A DNA stretch of 64,000 nucleotides, from IMG/VR virus record IMGVR_UViG_3300042348_000780. The stretch is one strand, 5' to 3'. This stretch comes from a virus. Below are positions 20,840-29,476 of this stretch, one piece after another. The translations under genes were made by a program, and so were the position numbers. The notes under the pieces are model-generated. The model saw nothing but the letters and a program-made list of their open reading frames with translations. It did not search any database and had not been told where the DNA came from. Each line of letters starts with the position of its first letter. Within the stretch, counting starts at the first letter, position 1.

Positions 20840-22306
20840 ATGGCAAAAGTAATCACCAAAAATTCATTCACACCTGGTTCTGCTCCATCTGGTTTATCTG
20901 CTGGAGAGATCGCAGTCAATGTTGCCGACAAGAAAATATTTGTTGGTAATGCTGTTGGTGGTGTTGTAACTTTGCATGATCAAAATGCAGTTGTTACTTC
21001 GGTAAATGGTGCTACTGGTGCTGTTACAAATATTAATGCAGCAACTTCTACGATAACAAATACAAACAGTTCATCAACATTCTATCCTGCATTTGTTGGT
21101 GGAACAGGTAATACTGGATTTTTCATAGATGCTGTTTCTACACCATTAAGTTATGTTCCATCTTCTGGAACCGTTAGTGCAAGAGCATTTGATGCTACTT
21201 TTACAACAAATCAAGTTAAATTAGATGCTGCATTGGGTTCTATATTCAATACAGATGGAACGAATACAAATACAGTTGTAGCGTATGGTTTTGAATATAG
21301 TGGTGCTTCTCCATATTTAATTTCTTCGGGATATCAAAGAATATTTTTAGTCACACAAGGATTACAAATATCTGATGGTGATTATGATCAGATCTATGGT
21401 CCGTCAACTTGGGGTTATACATTCCCTGCTTCAAATGGAACTAGCGGACAGGCAATGCTCACAAATGGAAGTGGGCAACTTTATTGGGGTACAGTTTCAA
21501 GTAGTTCTTCATCTGGTGTATCGTCATTCAATGGACTAACAGGTGCAGTTGTCGGTGTCTCATCAGTAAATGGACTAACAGGTGCAGTTACGAATGTTGC
21601 CAGAACAAATGAAGGAAATACATTCAGCGTTCTTCAAGTTATGAATGCTGGTATAACATCCGCTAGTCTTTATGTGACAAGCGGAACAACACTTGGTACT
21701 TTATCTGCTACATCAACAAGCAATACTGTGGACATCATTGCCTCTACCGATGGTGCGGGTCTGCGAATTGCACAGGCAACATCTGGTGCTTCAAGCAGAA
21801 CTGGTGCTATAAGACTTGGAAGAGCGTCAACATCAACATTCAATACTTACCTTGAAAATGTTGCTGGTGTATTCACGATATACAATGGAGTTGGAAATAC
21901 TGGTACAAATCTATTTAATATTGATACCACCGATGCTCAATTTAATGTTCCTATTGCTGGAGCAACTTTTAGTGCTGCTGTTGTTTCTGACGGTGGATAT
22001 AGAATCACTTCAAATGCAATCAATGCCCTGACAGGAACGACATATTCTTTATTAACTACTGATAATGGTAAAATCATTACATGGAGCAATGCTGGTGGAG
22101 TTACCCTCACCGTTCCATCAGGTTTGCCTGTAGGATTCAATACTACTGTGATTCAGATAGGTGCTGGTGCAGTTGGAATCACTGGATCGGGAACAACACT
22201 TAATAGTTTTGAAGGTAAACGTAGGACTGCTGGTCAACACGCTGCGGTAAGTATTATATCTTACAGTAGCAATGTGTTCAATATTGCAGGAGGGTTGACC
22301 GCATGA
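20840..22306 (+). CDS. Tail fibre-like protein
   Basis: P..L..GEIAVNVADKKIFVG N-terminus, VSSVNGLTGAV repeats, TYSLL.TDNGK...Q.GAG...GGL C-terminal domain. Confidence 0.75.
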   Translation: MAKVITKNSFTPGSAPSGLSAGEIAVNVADKKIFVGNAVGGVVTLHDQNAVVTSVNGATGAVTNINAATSTITNTNSSSTFYPAFVGGTGNTGFFIDAVSTPLSYVPSSGTVSARAFDATFTTNQVKLDAALGSIFNTDGTNTNTVVAYGFEYSGASPYLISSGYQRIFLVTQGLQISDGDYDQIYGPSTWGYTFPASNGTSGQAMLTNGSGQLYWGTVSSSSSSGVSSFNGLTGAVVGVSSVNGLTGAVTNVARTNEGNTFSVLQVMNAGITSASLYVTSGTTLGTLSATSTSNTVDIIASTDGAGLRIAQATSGASSRTGAIRLGRASTSTFNTYLENVAGVFTIYNGVGNTGTNLFNIDTTDAQFNVPIAGATFSAAVVSDGGYRITSNAINALTGTTYSLLTTDNGKIITWSNAGGVTLTVPSGLPVGFNTTVIQIGAGAVGITGSGTTLNSFEGKRRTAGQHAAVSIISYSSNVFNIAGGLTA

Positions 22307-22773
22307 TTATTCCTAGTTCAACCCACGGTGTCATTGCTTCTAGTAGACCAAGAGTGGTCGCTGCTGGTGGTGGGGGTGATGTCACTCCAAACGCTGTGAA
22401 TTGGGCAGATCTTTCTTATGACAATGATAGCGGTTTATATGGTTATTCAGAAAAACAAATAACAGGCATAAACGAAACTATAACTTTAAAAGTGGAACTC
22501 AATAACAGCTTTGGGTTTACAATATATTATTTTGTTTCGAGTAGTGCTGGTGCGAAAGTTTCAGGCGATGCGACATCGGCAACAAGTCCATCTGGTTTTG
22601 GTATGAACTCGATTGCAAACAATGGAACATTTACAGTCACAAATAATCAGTATGTAACATTTGGTGCAACGATATCTTGTTTTATAAGCAATCCTGTAGT
22701 AACAGTAAAAAACCAATCTGACAGCAATGCAACACTTGACACATTTTTGCTTACATACGGAGGAGAATGTTAA
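22303..22773 (+). CDS. Fibre-associated hypothetical protein
   Basis: ATGA-coupled to the fibre gene; GVIASS N-terminal motif. Confidence 0.55.
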   Translation: MIIPSSTHGVIASSRPRVVAAGGGGDVTPNAVNWADLSYDNDSGLYGYSEKQITGINETITLKVELNNSFGFTIYYFVSSSAGAKVSGDATSATSPSGFGMNSIANNGTFTVTNNQYVTFGATISCFISNPVVTVKNQSDSNATLDTFLLTYGGEC

Positions 22774-22779
22774 TAACAT

Positions 22780-22943
22780 ATGCCACTCAATTTTCCAAAC
22801 TCACCTTCACTAGATCAAATATACACCGTTGGTTCAAACTCATGACAATAGTAATGCAACCAAAAGGAATTGATATAATTCATGAGGCATACATGTATTT
22901 TAAAGGATATGCACAAGAATTCTATGATGCACAGGATGTTTAA
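22780..22943 (+). pseudogene. Deletion relic: MPLNFP-type fibre N-terminus joined to the C-terminus of a 12833-like gene
   Basis: MPLNFPNSPSLDQIYTVGSNS*Q* then MQPKGIDIIHEAYMYFKGYAQEFYDAQDV*. Confidence 0.65.
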
Positions 22944-22946
22944 TAT

Positions 22947-22974
22947 TTGACAAGTTAATTATTTGTGATATAAT
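22947..22974 (+). promoter_or_regulatory. Sigma70-type promoter (leaderless, dut)
   Basis: TTGACA-16-TATAAT with extended TG; ATG 6 nt downstream. Confidence 0.8.
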
Positions 22975-22980
22975 TTTATT

Positions 22981-23511
22981 ATGAACACTCTAAAAGTCTA
23001 CAAAAAATATCCAGATGTAAAAAATATTGAATTTGCTACAAAAAATTCAGCATGTTTTGATATCTGTGCATACATTCCATATCAACAATCTGTAAAAGCA
23101 TTTACAACGACAAACGATGATGTAGAAAAACTAGCAGTTCAGGAAGTAGGATCTGAATGTTTTATTGAACTTCCTCCTCAATGGAGAGCATTGATTCCTA
23201 CAGGTCTTGTGCTCGATATTCCAAATTTTCACTGCGTTAAAATTTATGCAAGGTCTGGTCTTTCTACTAAAAAGGGATTGAATCTTATCAATTCTACTGG
23301 TATAATTGACCCTGATTATGTTCAAGAACTTTTTATTCCTATCTTTAATAACTCTCAGCAGAAGTTGAGAATTTCAAATGGAGATAGGATTGCACAAGGT
23401 AAACTTGAACTCTTGACACTACATGGCATAGAATACATAAATGAACGACCAGAACGAAAAAGTGATCGTGATGGTGGATTTGGATCTACTGGAGTAAATT
23501 ATGCGAAGTGA
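22981..23511 (+). CDS. dut: dUTPase (trimeric)
   Basis: SACFDI, ARSGLS, GIIDPDY, GDRIAQG, RDGGFGSTG motifs. Confidence 0.95.
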   Translation: MNTLKVYKKYPDVKNIEFATKNSACFDICAYIPYQQSVKAFTTTNDDVEKLAVQEVGSECFIELPPQWRALIPTGLVLDIPNFHCVKIYARSGLSTKKGLNLINSTGIIDPDYVQELFIPIFNNSQQKLRISNGDRIAQGKLELLTLHGIEYINERPERKSDRDGGFGSTGVNYAK

Positions 23512-23908
23512 AGAACTATTTAAAATCCATGAACAAATATGCAATGAAGCATTAGAACTCATGAAAAAGAAAAACCATGACTATGCTGGTAAATCTGGAA
23601 ATGATCCATTTGCCAACTTTACTAGAGCAGAAGCCATGGGAATCACAACGACTGAAAAGGGAATGCTTGTCCGAATGCTCGACAAGATGAGTCGTTTATC
23701 TTCTTTTATGGATGCAAAAGAATTCAAAGTTGAAAATGAAAAATTAGAAGATACGATTAAGGATATGATAAATTACTCTATTCTTTTATATGCATACATG
23801 CAAGATAAGAATGAGTCACCACCATATACTGACATTGATTATATTGATATAGAGTGGAATAATAAGGGTGGAATTGTTCCTGATTCAGAAGATCCGAAGG
23901 TAGTATGA
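23501..23908 (+). CDS. Nucleotide-modification-associated domain protein (DUF1599/Nmad1-like)
   Basis: KKNHDYA..DPFANF, RM.DK.SRL, EDT..D.INY. Confidence 0.7.
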   Translation: MRSEELFKIHEQICNEALELMKKKNHDYAGKSGNDPFANFTRAEAMGITTTEKGMLVRMLDKMSRLSSFMDAKEFKVENEKLEDTIKDMINYSILLYAYMQDKNESPPYTDIDYIDIEWNNKGGIVPDSEDPKVV

Positions 23909-25389
23909 GCTTTTATACAAATGTTTATTATACAGGATCTTCGATTCTGTTACGTCAAATCACAGATAAAAAAACAGAAAAGGCGAGAGTAAACTTCTCG
24001 CCATCTCTATTTTTGATTTCATCAAAAAATAGTAATTTTAAGACTGTAGACGGAAGATATGCAGATGAAATTACTTTTACAAATGTTCATGAAATGAACG
24101 ATTTTAAGAAAACATATGAAAATGTTGATAATTTTGAAATTCATGGAGATATTGACGCAAAGTATCAATATATTTCAAAGGAATTTGGAACTGAGTGTGA
24201 TTATAATTTCAATGATATCGGTGTGATGTATATCGATATGGAAACGACATGTGAAAATGGATTTCCATCTATTGAAAATCCAGAAGAAAAAATTATAGCA
24301 ATCACGTGTAGTTTTAAGGGAAAGACATATGTTTATTGTCTTGGTGATTTTACTAGAGATGATGCAAATATTATCATCAATGAATATCACGATGAACAAC
24401 AACTGTTGAGAGAATTTATTCATTTCATGCAAGATAAGCAACCAGAAATCATAACTGGATGGAATGTTAGATTTTTCGATATTCCATATCTTGTAAATAG
24501 ATGCAAAAAAATTCTTGATGAAAAAGAAGTCAAGAATCTTTCTCCATGGGGAATAATTAAAGATAGCATAGTCAACAGTCGTGGCGAAGATAAGGTCGTC
24601 TATGATATTGTTGGAATTTCTATTCTGGATTACTATGAACTTTATCGAACATTCACTTATGTAAATCAAGAATCATATAAACTTGATCATATTGCTTATG
24701 TTGAATTGGGTGAACGAAAGATTTCATATTCTGAATATGAAAATATGAGTGACTTTTATAAGAAGAATTTTCAGAAGTTTATTGAGTATAATATCAAAGA
24801 CGTTGAACTTGTTGAACGTCTTGAAGAAAAGCTTCGTCTTATTGAACTAGCTGTTGCATTGGCATATTCTGCTGGTGTAAATTATAATGATGTATTTTCT
24901 CAAGTCAGAACATGGGATGTTATCATTTATAATTATCTCAAGAAGAACGGCATCATTATTCCACCAAAAAAGAATAATGTAAAAGATGAACAATATGCAG
25001 GAGCATATGTAAAAGAGCCATTGGTAGGAATGCACGATTGGGTAGTCTCATATGACGTTAATTCCCTATATCCTTCTCTAATAATTCATTTTAATATTTC
25101 TCCAGAAACTTTACAAAACAAGAATTTCAAAGGAAAAATTAATATTCAAGATATCTTGAATAAGAACAAAAATTCAGAAACATTCAAATGCTTTGATGAG
25201 GCAAAGAAAGTAAATTGTTCTATTGCGGCAAATGGAACACTTTATACAAATAAAAAACGTGGGTTTCTTCCAGAACTCATGGATAAGATGTATAAAGAAC
25301 GCAAACAATTCAAAGATAAGATGATTGAAGCCAAGAAAGATCTAGAAGCAATTAATAACGAATTGAAGAAAAGGGGCTTGCAAGTCTAA
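23905..25389 (+). CDS. 43: DNA polymerase B, N-terminal subunit (gp43A: 3'-5' exonuclease, palm motif A, first fingers helix)
   Basis: IDMET, TGWNVRFFDIPY, YNIKDV, YAGAYVKEP, SYDVNSLYPS; ends before KxxxNSxYG. Confidence 0.92.
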   Translation: MSFYTNVYYTGSSILLRQITDKKTEKARVNFSPSLFLISSKNSNFKTVDGRYADEITFTNVHEMNDFKKTYENVDNFEIHGDIDAKYQYISKEFGTECDYNFNDIGVMYIDMETTCENGFPSIENPEEKIIAITCSFKGKTYVYCLGDFTRDDANIIINEYHDEQQLLREFIHFMQDKQPEIITGWNVRFFDIPYLVNRCKKILDEKEVKNLSPWGIIKDSIVNSRGEDKVVYDIVGISILDYYELYRTFTYVNQESYKLDHIAYVELGERKISYSEYENMSDFYKKNFQKFIEYNIKDVELVERLEEKLRLIELAVALAYSAGVNYNDVFSQVRTWDVIIYNYLKKNGIIIPPKKNNVKDEQYAGAYVKEPLVGMHDWVVSYDVNSLYPSLIIHFNISPETLQNKNFKGKINIQDILNKNKNSETFKCFDEAKKVNCSIAANGTLYTNKKRGFLPELMDKMYKERKQFKDKMIEAKKDLEAINNELKKRGLQV

Positions 25390-25405
25390 ATAATCAGGAT
25401 ATAAT
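25378..25405 (+). promoter_or_regulatory. Sigma70-type promoter (leaderless)
   Basis: TTGCAA-16-TATAAT, ATG 25412 6 nt downstream. Confidence 0.7.
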
Positions 25406-25411
25406 ACTCAC

Positions 25412-25948
25412 ATGAACGTGATTGATTACTATAAGAATTGGGAAGTAAACGCGATCATTGGTGATCTTGATACAAAGCGAAAGAACTTTACTGTACTTTG
25501 CAGCAATGTTGAGAATGATTTTAATATTGCAACAGCGATTCGTAATTCAAATGCATTTTTGGCAAATGAGGTATGGATCTATGGAAAGAAGCAATATGAT
25601 CGTCGTGGTACTGTAGGTACTCATAACTATACTCACTTCAAGCATGTTAAGACTATTTGTGATGTAATTGAAGAAGTTAAGGCTCTTGAGAAGCGAGTAG
25701 GAAGTGTTAGGATTATTGGTATCGATAATGTTCAGAATGCCATGCCAATCAATCATTATGCATGGCCAAAGCATGAACACATTCTCATGATTTTTGGCCA
25801 GGAAAAGGATGGAATTCCAAAACTTCTGCTTGACATGTGTGACGATATCCTGTATATTAAGCAGTATGGAAGTGTGAGAAGTTTGAATGTAGGAACAGCA
25901 AGTGGTATTGCAATGTATTCTTATTGTGAATACCTTGAGCGAGATTGA
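25412..25948 (+). CDS. SpoU/TrmH/TrmL-family 2'-O RNA methyltransferase
   Basis: NIATAIRNSNAF, IFGQEKDGI, RSLNVGTA SPOUT motifs. Confidence 0.88.
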   Translation: MNVIDYYKNWEVNAIIGDLDTKRKNFTVLCSNVENDFNIATAIRNSNAFLANEVWIYGKKQYDRRGTVGTHNYTHFKHVKTICDVIEEVKALEKRVGSVRIIGIDNVQNAMPINHYAWPKHEHILMIFGQEKDGIPKLLLDMCDDILYIKQYGSVRSLNVGTASGIAMYSYCEYLERD

Positions 25949-25956
25949 GATAATTG

Positions 25957-26040
25957 GGGATTGTGGCGGAATTGGTATACGCAACAGACTTAAAATCTGT
26001 CGGTCAATAGACCTTGTGGGTTCGAGTCCCACTAATCCCA
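25957..26040 (+). tRNA. tRNA-Leu(UAA)
   Basis: GGGATTG/TAATCCC acceptor, ACAGA-CT-TAA-AA-TCTGT anticodon arm, long variable arm, GGGTTCGAGTCCC; CCA not encoded. Confidence 0.93.
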
Positions 26041-26054
26041 TTAGAAAGTGAAAA

Positions 26055-26807
26055 ATGAAGCAAACACTTTTTATATCAGACCTTCACATAGCATCTAACA
26101 AATGTAAAGCAAAACTCTTATCTGAATTTATTAAAAAGGATGAGAGTTCTTGTCTTTATTTGGTGGGTGATATCATTGATATTTGGCGTTTCAATCAGGC
26201 ATTCAAGATGGATATTGAAACTCAGACCCATCATGTAGATTGTATTCGTCGCTTACTCAAGAAATCAAAACACGGAGAAGTCCATTATATTTGGGGAAAC
26301 CACGATGAGTTTATGCATCGTTTTTCTGAGTCAAAATCTTTCGGTGGAGTTCATCTGCACGAAAGATGTGACTATACAGCATCTGATGGAAGAAGATACC
26401 TAGTTCTTCACGGTCATCAGTTTGACTTGGTATGTAAATACAAAATCGGAACATTCTTATCTAAGATCGGTGATTTTGGATATGAATGGTTAATTGACAT
26501 CAATGAATGGTATAACTGGGTACGTAAAAAGATGGGTCTTCAATATTCTTCACTTTCCAAGTATGTGAAGGTGAAGTTTAAGAAGGCAACAATGTTCATT
26601 GGAAACTTTGAAAAGCATCTTTCAGAATACGCAGAGAAGCATGGATATGATGGAGTAATTTGCGGTCATATTCACGAACCAGCCGATAAGATGATCGGTA
26701 AGATTCATTATCTCAACTGCGGTTGTTGGACTGATGAAGCAAATCTCAACTATCTGATTGACAAAGGTGATGGAAGTGGTATAATTCTATGCAGACACGA
26801 AAAATGA
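26055..26807 (+). CDS. UDP-2,3-diacylglucosamine diphosphatase-like metallophosphoesterase (LpxH-like)
   Basis: SDLH, LVGDIID, GNHD, LHGHQFD, CGHIH, YLNCGCW. Confidence 0.85.
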   Translation: MKQTLFISDLHIASNKCKAKLLSEFIKKDESSCLYLVGDIIDIWRFNQAFKMDIETQTHHVDCIRRLLKKSKHGEVHYIWGNHDEFMHRFSESKSFGGVHLHERCDYTASDGRRYLVLHGHQFDLVCKYKIGTFLSKIGDFGYEWLIDINEWYNWVRKKMGLQYSSLSKYVKVKFKKATMFIGNFEKHLSEYAEKHGYDGVICGHIHEPADKMIGKIHYLNCGCWTDEANLNYLIDKGDGSGIILCRHEK

Positions 26808-26941
26808 AATACTTTTTTGAAGACTATGTTCTTTATCCTCTAGTATACATTGGATTGTGTATTGGAGCATTAGCAGCAAGTTTATGTTTTTTACTGTGGG
26901 ATACTTTAGTTTTTGTATTTAGTCTTGGAAAAAAGAAATGA
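26804..26941 (+). CDS. Small membrane protein (45 aa)
   Basis: MKYFFEDYVLYPLVYIGLCIGALAASLCFLLW...; downstream of TTGACA-16-TATAAT at 26758-26785. Confidence 0.5.
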   Translation: MKYFFEDYVLYPLVYIGLCIGALAASLCFLLWDTLVFVFSLGKKK

Positions 26942-27117
26942 AAAAAGAAGAACTCATTGAAAACATTGAAATCCTCGCAGATAAATGTGAGGAGTTGATT
27001 AAGGAACGTGATCAAGCAAGACGACTTGTTTGTAAATATACAAAGAAAACTTATCACACGCTCAAGGAAACCGCAGAACTACGAGGATGGGACTGCTACA
27101 AGGAGAACACACAATGA
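26938..27117 (+). CDS. Small hypothetical protein (59 aa)
   Basis: ATGA overlaps at both ends; ERDQARR.VC...RGWDCYKE. Confidence 0.6.
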   Translation: MKKEELIENIEILADKCEELIKERDQARRLVCKYTKKTYHTLKETAELRGWDCYKENTQ

Positions 27118-27740
27118 AGACACTAATCGCAACAGCATTTATCGCAACGGCAGCACACGGAACTGGGACTCTCTGCACCTTTGAGAATCTTCCTGCTCCA
27201 ACAACTCCTAGTATGAGTTCCGCTACCACGGGATTCTATTGGGATTACCTCTCCTCATACGAGGGATTCCACTTCACAAGTTCATCTTCCCAAGGCAACT
27301 TCCAATGGGCATACTACGATCTCGTTGGTGGTGGGGGATACGCAGGATACGATGAGGGAATCATCGGGGATCGTGCTTTGTTCACCCCGTGGGGTTCTGA
27401 GCAGAACAAGAACTACCGCATTCGTCGTGATGATCTTTGGATTCTCAACAGCATTGAAGTCACATCGGTTTGGAATTCGACCGCAGTAGTTATAGAGGGA
27501 TACCGATACGGGGAGGGTGTGTTTACCTATACTACACAACTCACAGCAGCACAGCGGGTAAAACTAAACATCTCCTCTGGATATCCTGGTCCGCTTAACA
27601 ACATCACAGAGATCAAAATCTACACCAACACATTTAGTTCCCATCTCGCTATCGATAATCTCAACTACACGGTGGTTCCTGCACCATCGGCACTTGCCCT
27701 GCTTGCGATTGCTGGTGCGGTTGGAAGGCGGCGACGATGA
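27114..27740 (+). CDS. Secreted protein with PEP-CTERM-like (VPAP) exosortase sorting signal
   Basis: Signal peptide MKTLIATAFIATAAHG; C-terminus VPAPSALALLAIAGAVGRRRR; SD AAGGAG. Confidence 0.85.
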   Translation: MKTLIATAFIATAAHGTGTLCTFENLPAPTTPSMSSATTGFYWDYLSSYEGFHFTSSSSQGNFQWAYYDLVGGGGYAGYDEGIIGDRALFTPWGSEQNKNYRIRRDDLWILNSIEVTSVWNSTAVVIEGYRYGEGVFTYTTQLTAAQRVKLNISSGYPGPLNNITEIKIYTNTFSSHLAIDNLNYTVVPAPSALALLAIAGAVGRRRR

Positions 27741-27910
27741 AAGATATTGCCTATGAACTTCGCGTTCTGACCAAAAGGCAAGATCTTCCACCCGATGTAA
27801 TTCGTACAATTTCAGAGGCATATGCTGAGATTGTGGAACTTCGTAGTCAAGTAAGCAAATACGCTCTGGAAGCGATCACTCGCTTCGATGAAGAGAATGG
27901 ACTATTATAA
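27737..27910 (+). CDS. Small hypothetical protein (57 aa)
   Basis: ATGA-coupled ORF MKDIAYELR... Confidence 0.55.
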   Translation: MKDIAYELRVLTKRQDLPPDVIRTISEAYAEIVELRSQVSKYALEAITRFDEENGLL

Positions 27911-27931
27911 ATAATCATAGATGTTTAATCT

Positions 27932-28177
27932 ATGAAAAAAGATCTAAAGCAAGCAAAAAAGAATTGCGAATATATTGCAAAGATCAAAACAGAACGAGGC
28001 TGTTCTAAATGTGGTTATAATTTACACCCAGCCGCGTTAGAATTCCATCATCTACAAGACAAAAAGCATAATATCTCCCGTATAGCACGTTCAGGAGTAC
28101 CAGCAAATATTCTTGAAGAAGAAATTAAAAAATGCGTGGTTGTCTGTGCTAATTGTCATAGAATAGAACATTCATGA
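27932..28177 (+). CDS. Small HNH endonuclease-like zinc-finger protein
   Basis: CSKCG...LEFHH...KCVVVCANCHRIEH. Confidence 0.8.
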   Translation: MKKDLKQAKKNCEYIAKIKTERGCSKCGYNLHPAALEFHHLQDKKHNISRIARSGVPANILEEEIKKCVVVCANCHRIEHS

Positions 28178-28458
28178 GGTATCATATGGCAGACATTACA
28201 GATTACGAAAATACAAATCCTGAAAATATAAATGAGGCTTTTGAAAATCTTTCTGGTGATGTAAATTATATGCTGCATAAAATGAAAGAATTCAATAAAG
28301 AAGTTGTTGAATTGCTTGGTGACATGAAAGAATTAAAAGATTTTGTAGATGTTGACATGAAGAATATTGATAAGTATAATATTGCTCGTAAGGCTTACAT
28401 TGATCTTTATTATAAGTTTGATGATCTTCGTAACTATTACGACAATAGTAGAAATTAA
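28174..28458 (+). CDS. Hypothetical protein
   Basis: ORF in co-oriented run. Confidence 0.5.
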   Translation: MRYHMADITDYENTNPENINEAFENLSGDVNYMLHKMKEFNKEVVELLGDMKELKDFVDVDMKNIDKYNIARKAYIDLYYKFDDLRNYYDNSRN

Positions 28459-28459
28459 G

Positions 28460-28541
28460 GGATGATTACCCAAGCAGCAACGGGGGGAGACTGTAAATCT
28501 CCTGTCTTTAGACTTCGTAGGTGCAAGTCCTTCATCATCCA
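28460..28541 (+). tRNA. tRNA-Tyr(GUA)
   Basis: GGATGAT/ATCATCC acceptor, GGAGA-CT-GTA-AA-TCTCC anticodon arm, variable arm, atypical TGCAAGT T-loop. Confidence 0.85.
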
Positions 28542-28556
28542 CTGATATTAGAATCG

Positions 28557-28620
28557 TACTCTATGATATAATGGGATTATCTCCGATTGGAGTATGTGGG
28601 TTCGAATCCCACTAGAGTAT
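28557..28620 (+). ncRNA. tRNA-like element lacking an anticodon loop
   Basis: TACTCTA/TAGAGTA acceptor, D-arm, GTGGG-TTCGAAT-CCCAC T-arm; anticodon arm reduced to CTCC-GATT-GGAG. Confidence 0.7.
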
Positions 28621-28624
28621 TTAA

Positions 28625-28837
28625 ATGAAGAGAACTAAATCAACTACATTGAAGATCGGTGATCAGGTTTATCTCAATGATGAAGATGATTCTGGTCTAT
28701 ACGAGATCACACGAATAAATATTGAGCATGATGATTGCTGGTTGTTTGGTAGAGATATCGGTGAAGATAAACGTGATATCGAACAACAATTACCATTATC
28801 GTGGGTAGAAAGAATGTATAAAGATCAAAATCCATGA
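28625..28837 (+). CDS. Hypothetical protein (SH3/KOW-like)
   Basis: LKIGDQVY pattern. Confidence 0.5.
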   Translation: MKRTKSTTLKIGDQVYLNDEDDSGLYEITRINIEHDDCWLFGRDIGEDKRDIEQQLPLSWVERMYKDQNP

Positions 28838-29013
28838 AAGATTCAAGAATTCATTCGGCGGGAAAAGGCGATTCACGAAGACCAGTAGATTATAAAAAAT
28901 GGTCAGAGAACTGGGATCGTATATTTGGGAAAAAGAAAAAGAAAAAGGTAAAGAAAAATGATGAGACTAAACACTCTATTGATTGGGATTCCGTAACAAA
29001 TGGAGCCGATTGA
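28834..29013 (+). CDS. Small basic phage protein (59 aa)
   Basis: AGKGDSRRPVD..KW.ENWDRIFGKK motif. Confidence 0.6.
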   Translation: MKDSRIHSAGKGDSRRPVDYKKWSENWDRIFGKKKKKKVKKNDETKHSIDWDSVTNGAD

Positions 29014-29425
29014 TTTTGATGATGCCAAGAATAGAGTTTTTGACAAATATGGAAAATGTATGGAACTATTAGCACAACAAGAGCGTCTTGAGAAGCAATA
29101 TAAGAATATTAAAATTCCATATCTTGAATTAAATGGAATTGGTTGGATTCCTATTATTGAAACTCTTCTACATGAAGCAGACGTATGGAATGAGAAGTGC
29201 AATATTGAAGATAAAATCGTGATTGACCAGATCAAAGAAAAATATGGATCACTCAGATTCTATTTTCATGGTGGCAGTACAATGTTTCGTGGAATGGTAA
29301 GATTTGCGGAACAGATCAGTAAAAATACTTGTGAAGCTTGTGGATGTGTCAGTAAAAATCAATTTGATTGTACACGATGTAATATTAATTCTGTGAATGG
29401 TTGGGGTAAGGGAAAAGATGAATAA
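29000..29425 (+). CDS. Conserved phage protein with C-terminal CxxC
   Basis: GW..I...QIKEKYGSLRFY...TCEACG motif. Confidence 0.65.
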   Translation: MEPIDFDDAKNRVFDKYGKCMELLAQQERLEKQYKNIKIPYLELNGIGWIPIIETLLHEADVWNEKCNIEDKIVIDQIKEKYGSLRFYFHGGSTMFRGMVRFAEQISKNTCEACGCVSKNQFDCTRCNINSVNGWGKGKDE

Positions 29426-29476
29426 ATAAGAATGTTAATTTTGATCTAATGACGACCTACCAGCAATGGTGGGTGG

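Noticed and set aside
22843-22851. Stop-codon reassignment (TGA/TAG read as Trp)
   Set aside because: All conserved genes are intact in code 11 and many end in TGA; these stops lie in a relic
25547-26041. Minus-strand ORFs over tRNA genes (also 28333-28542)
   Set aside because: Antisense to tRNAs and real CDSs; typical spurious translations
28557-28620. tmRNA tRNA-like domain
   Set aside because: No G3-U70 alanine identity pair, has a D-stem, and no linked tag reading frame
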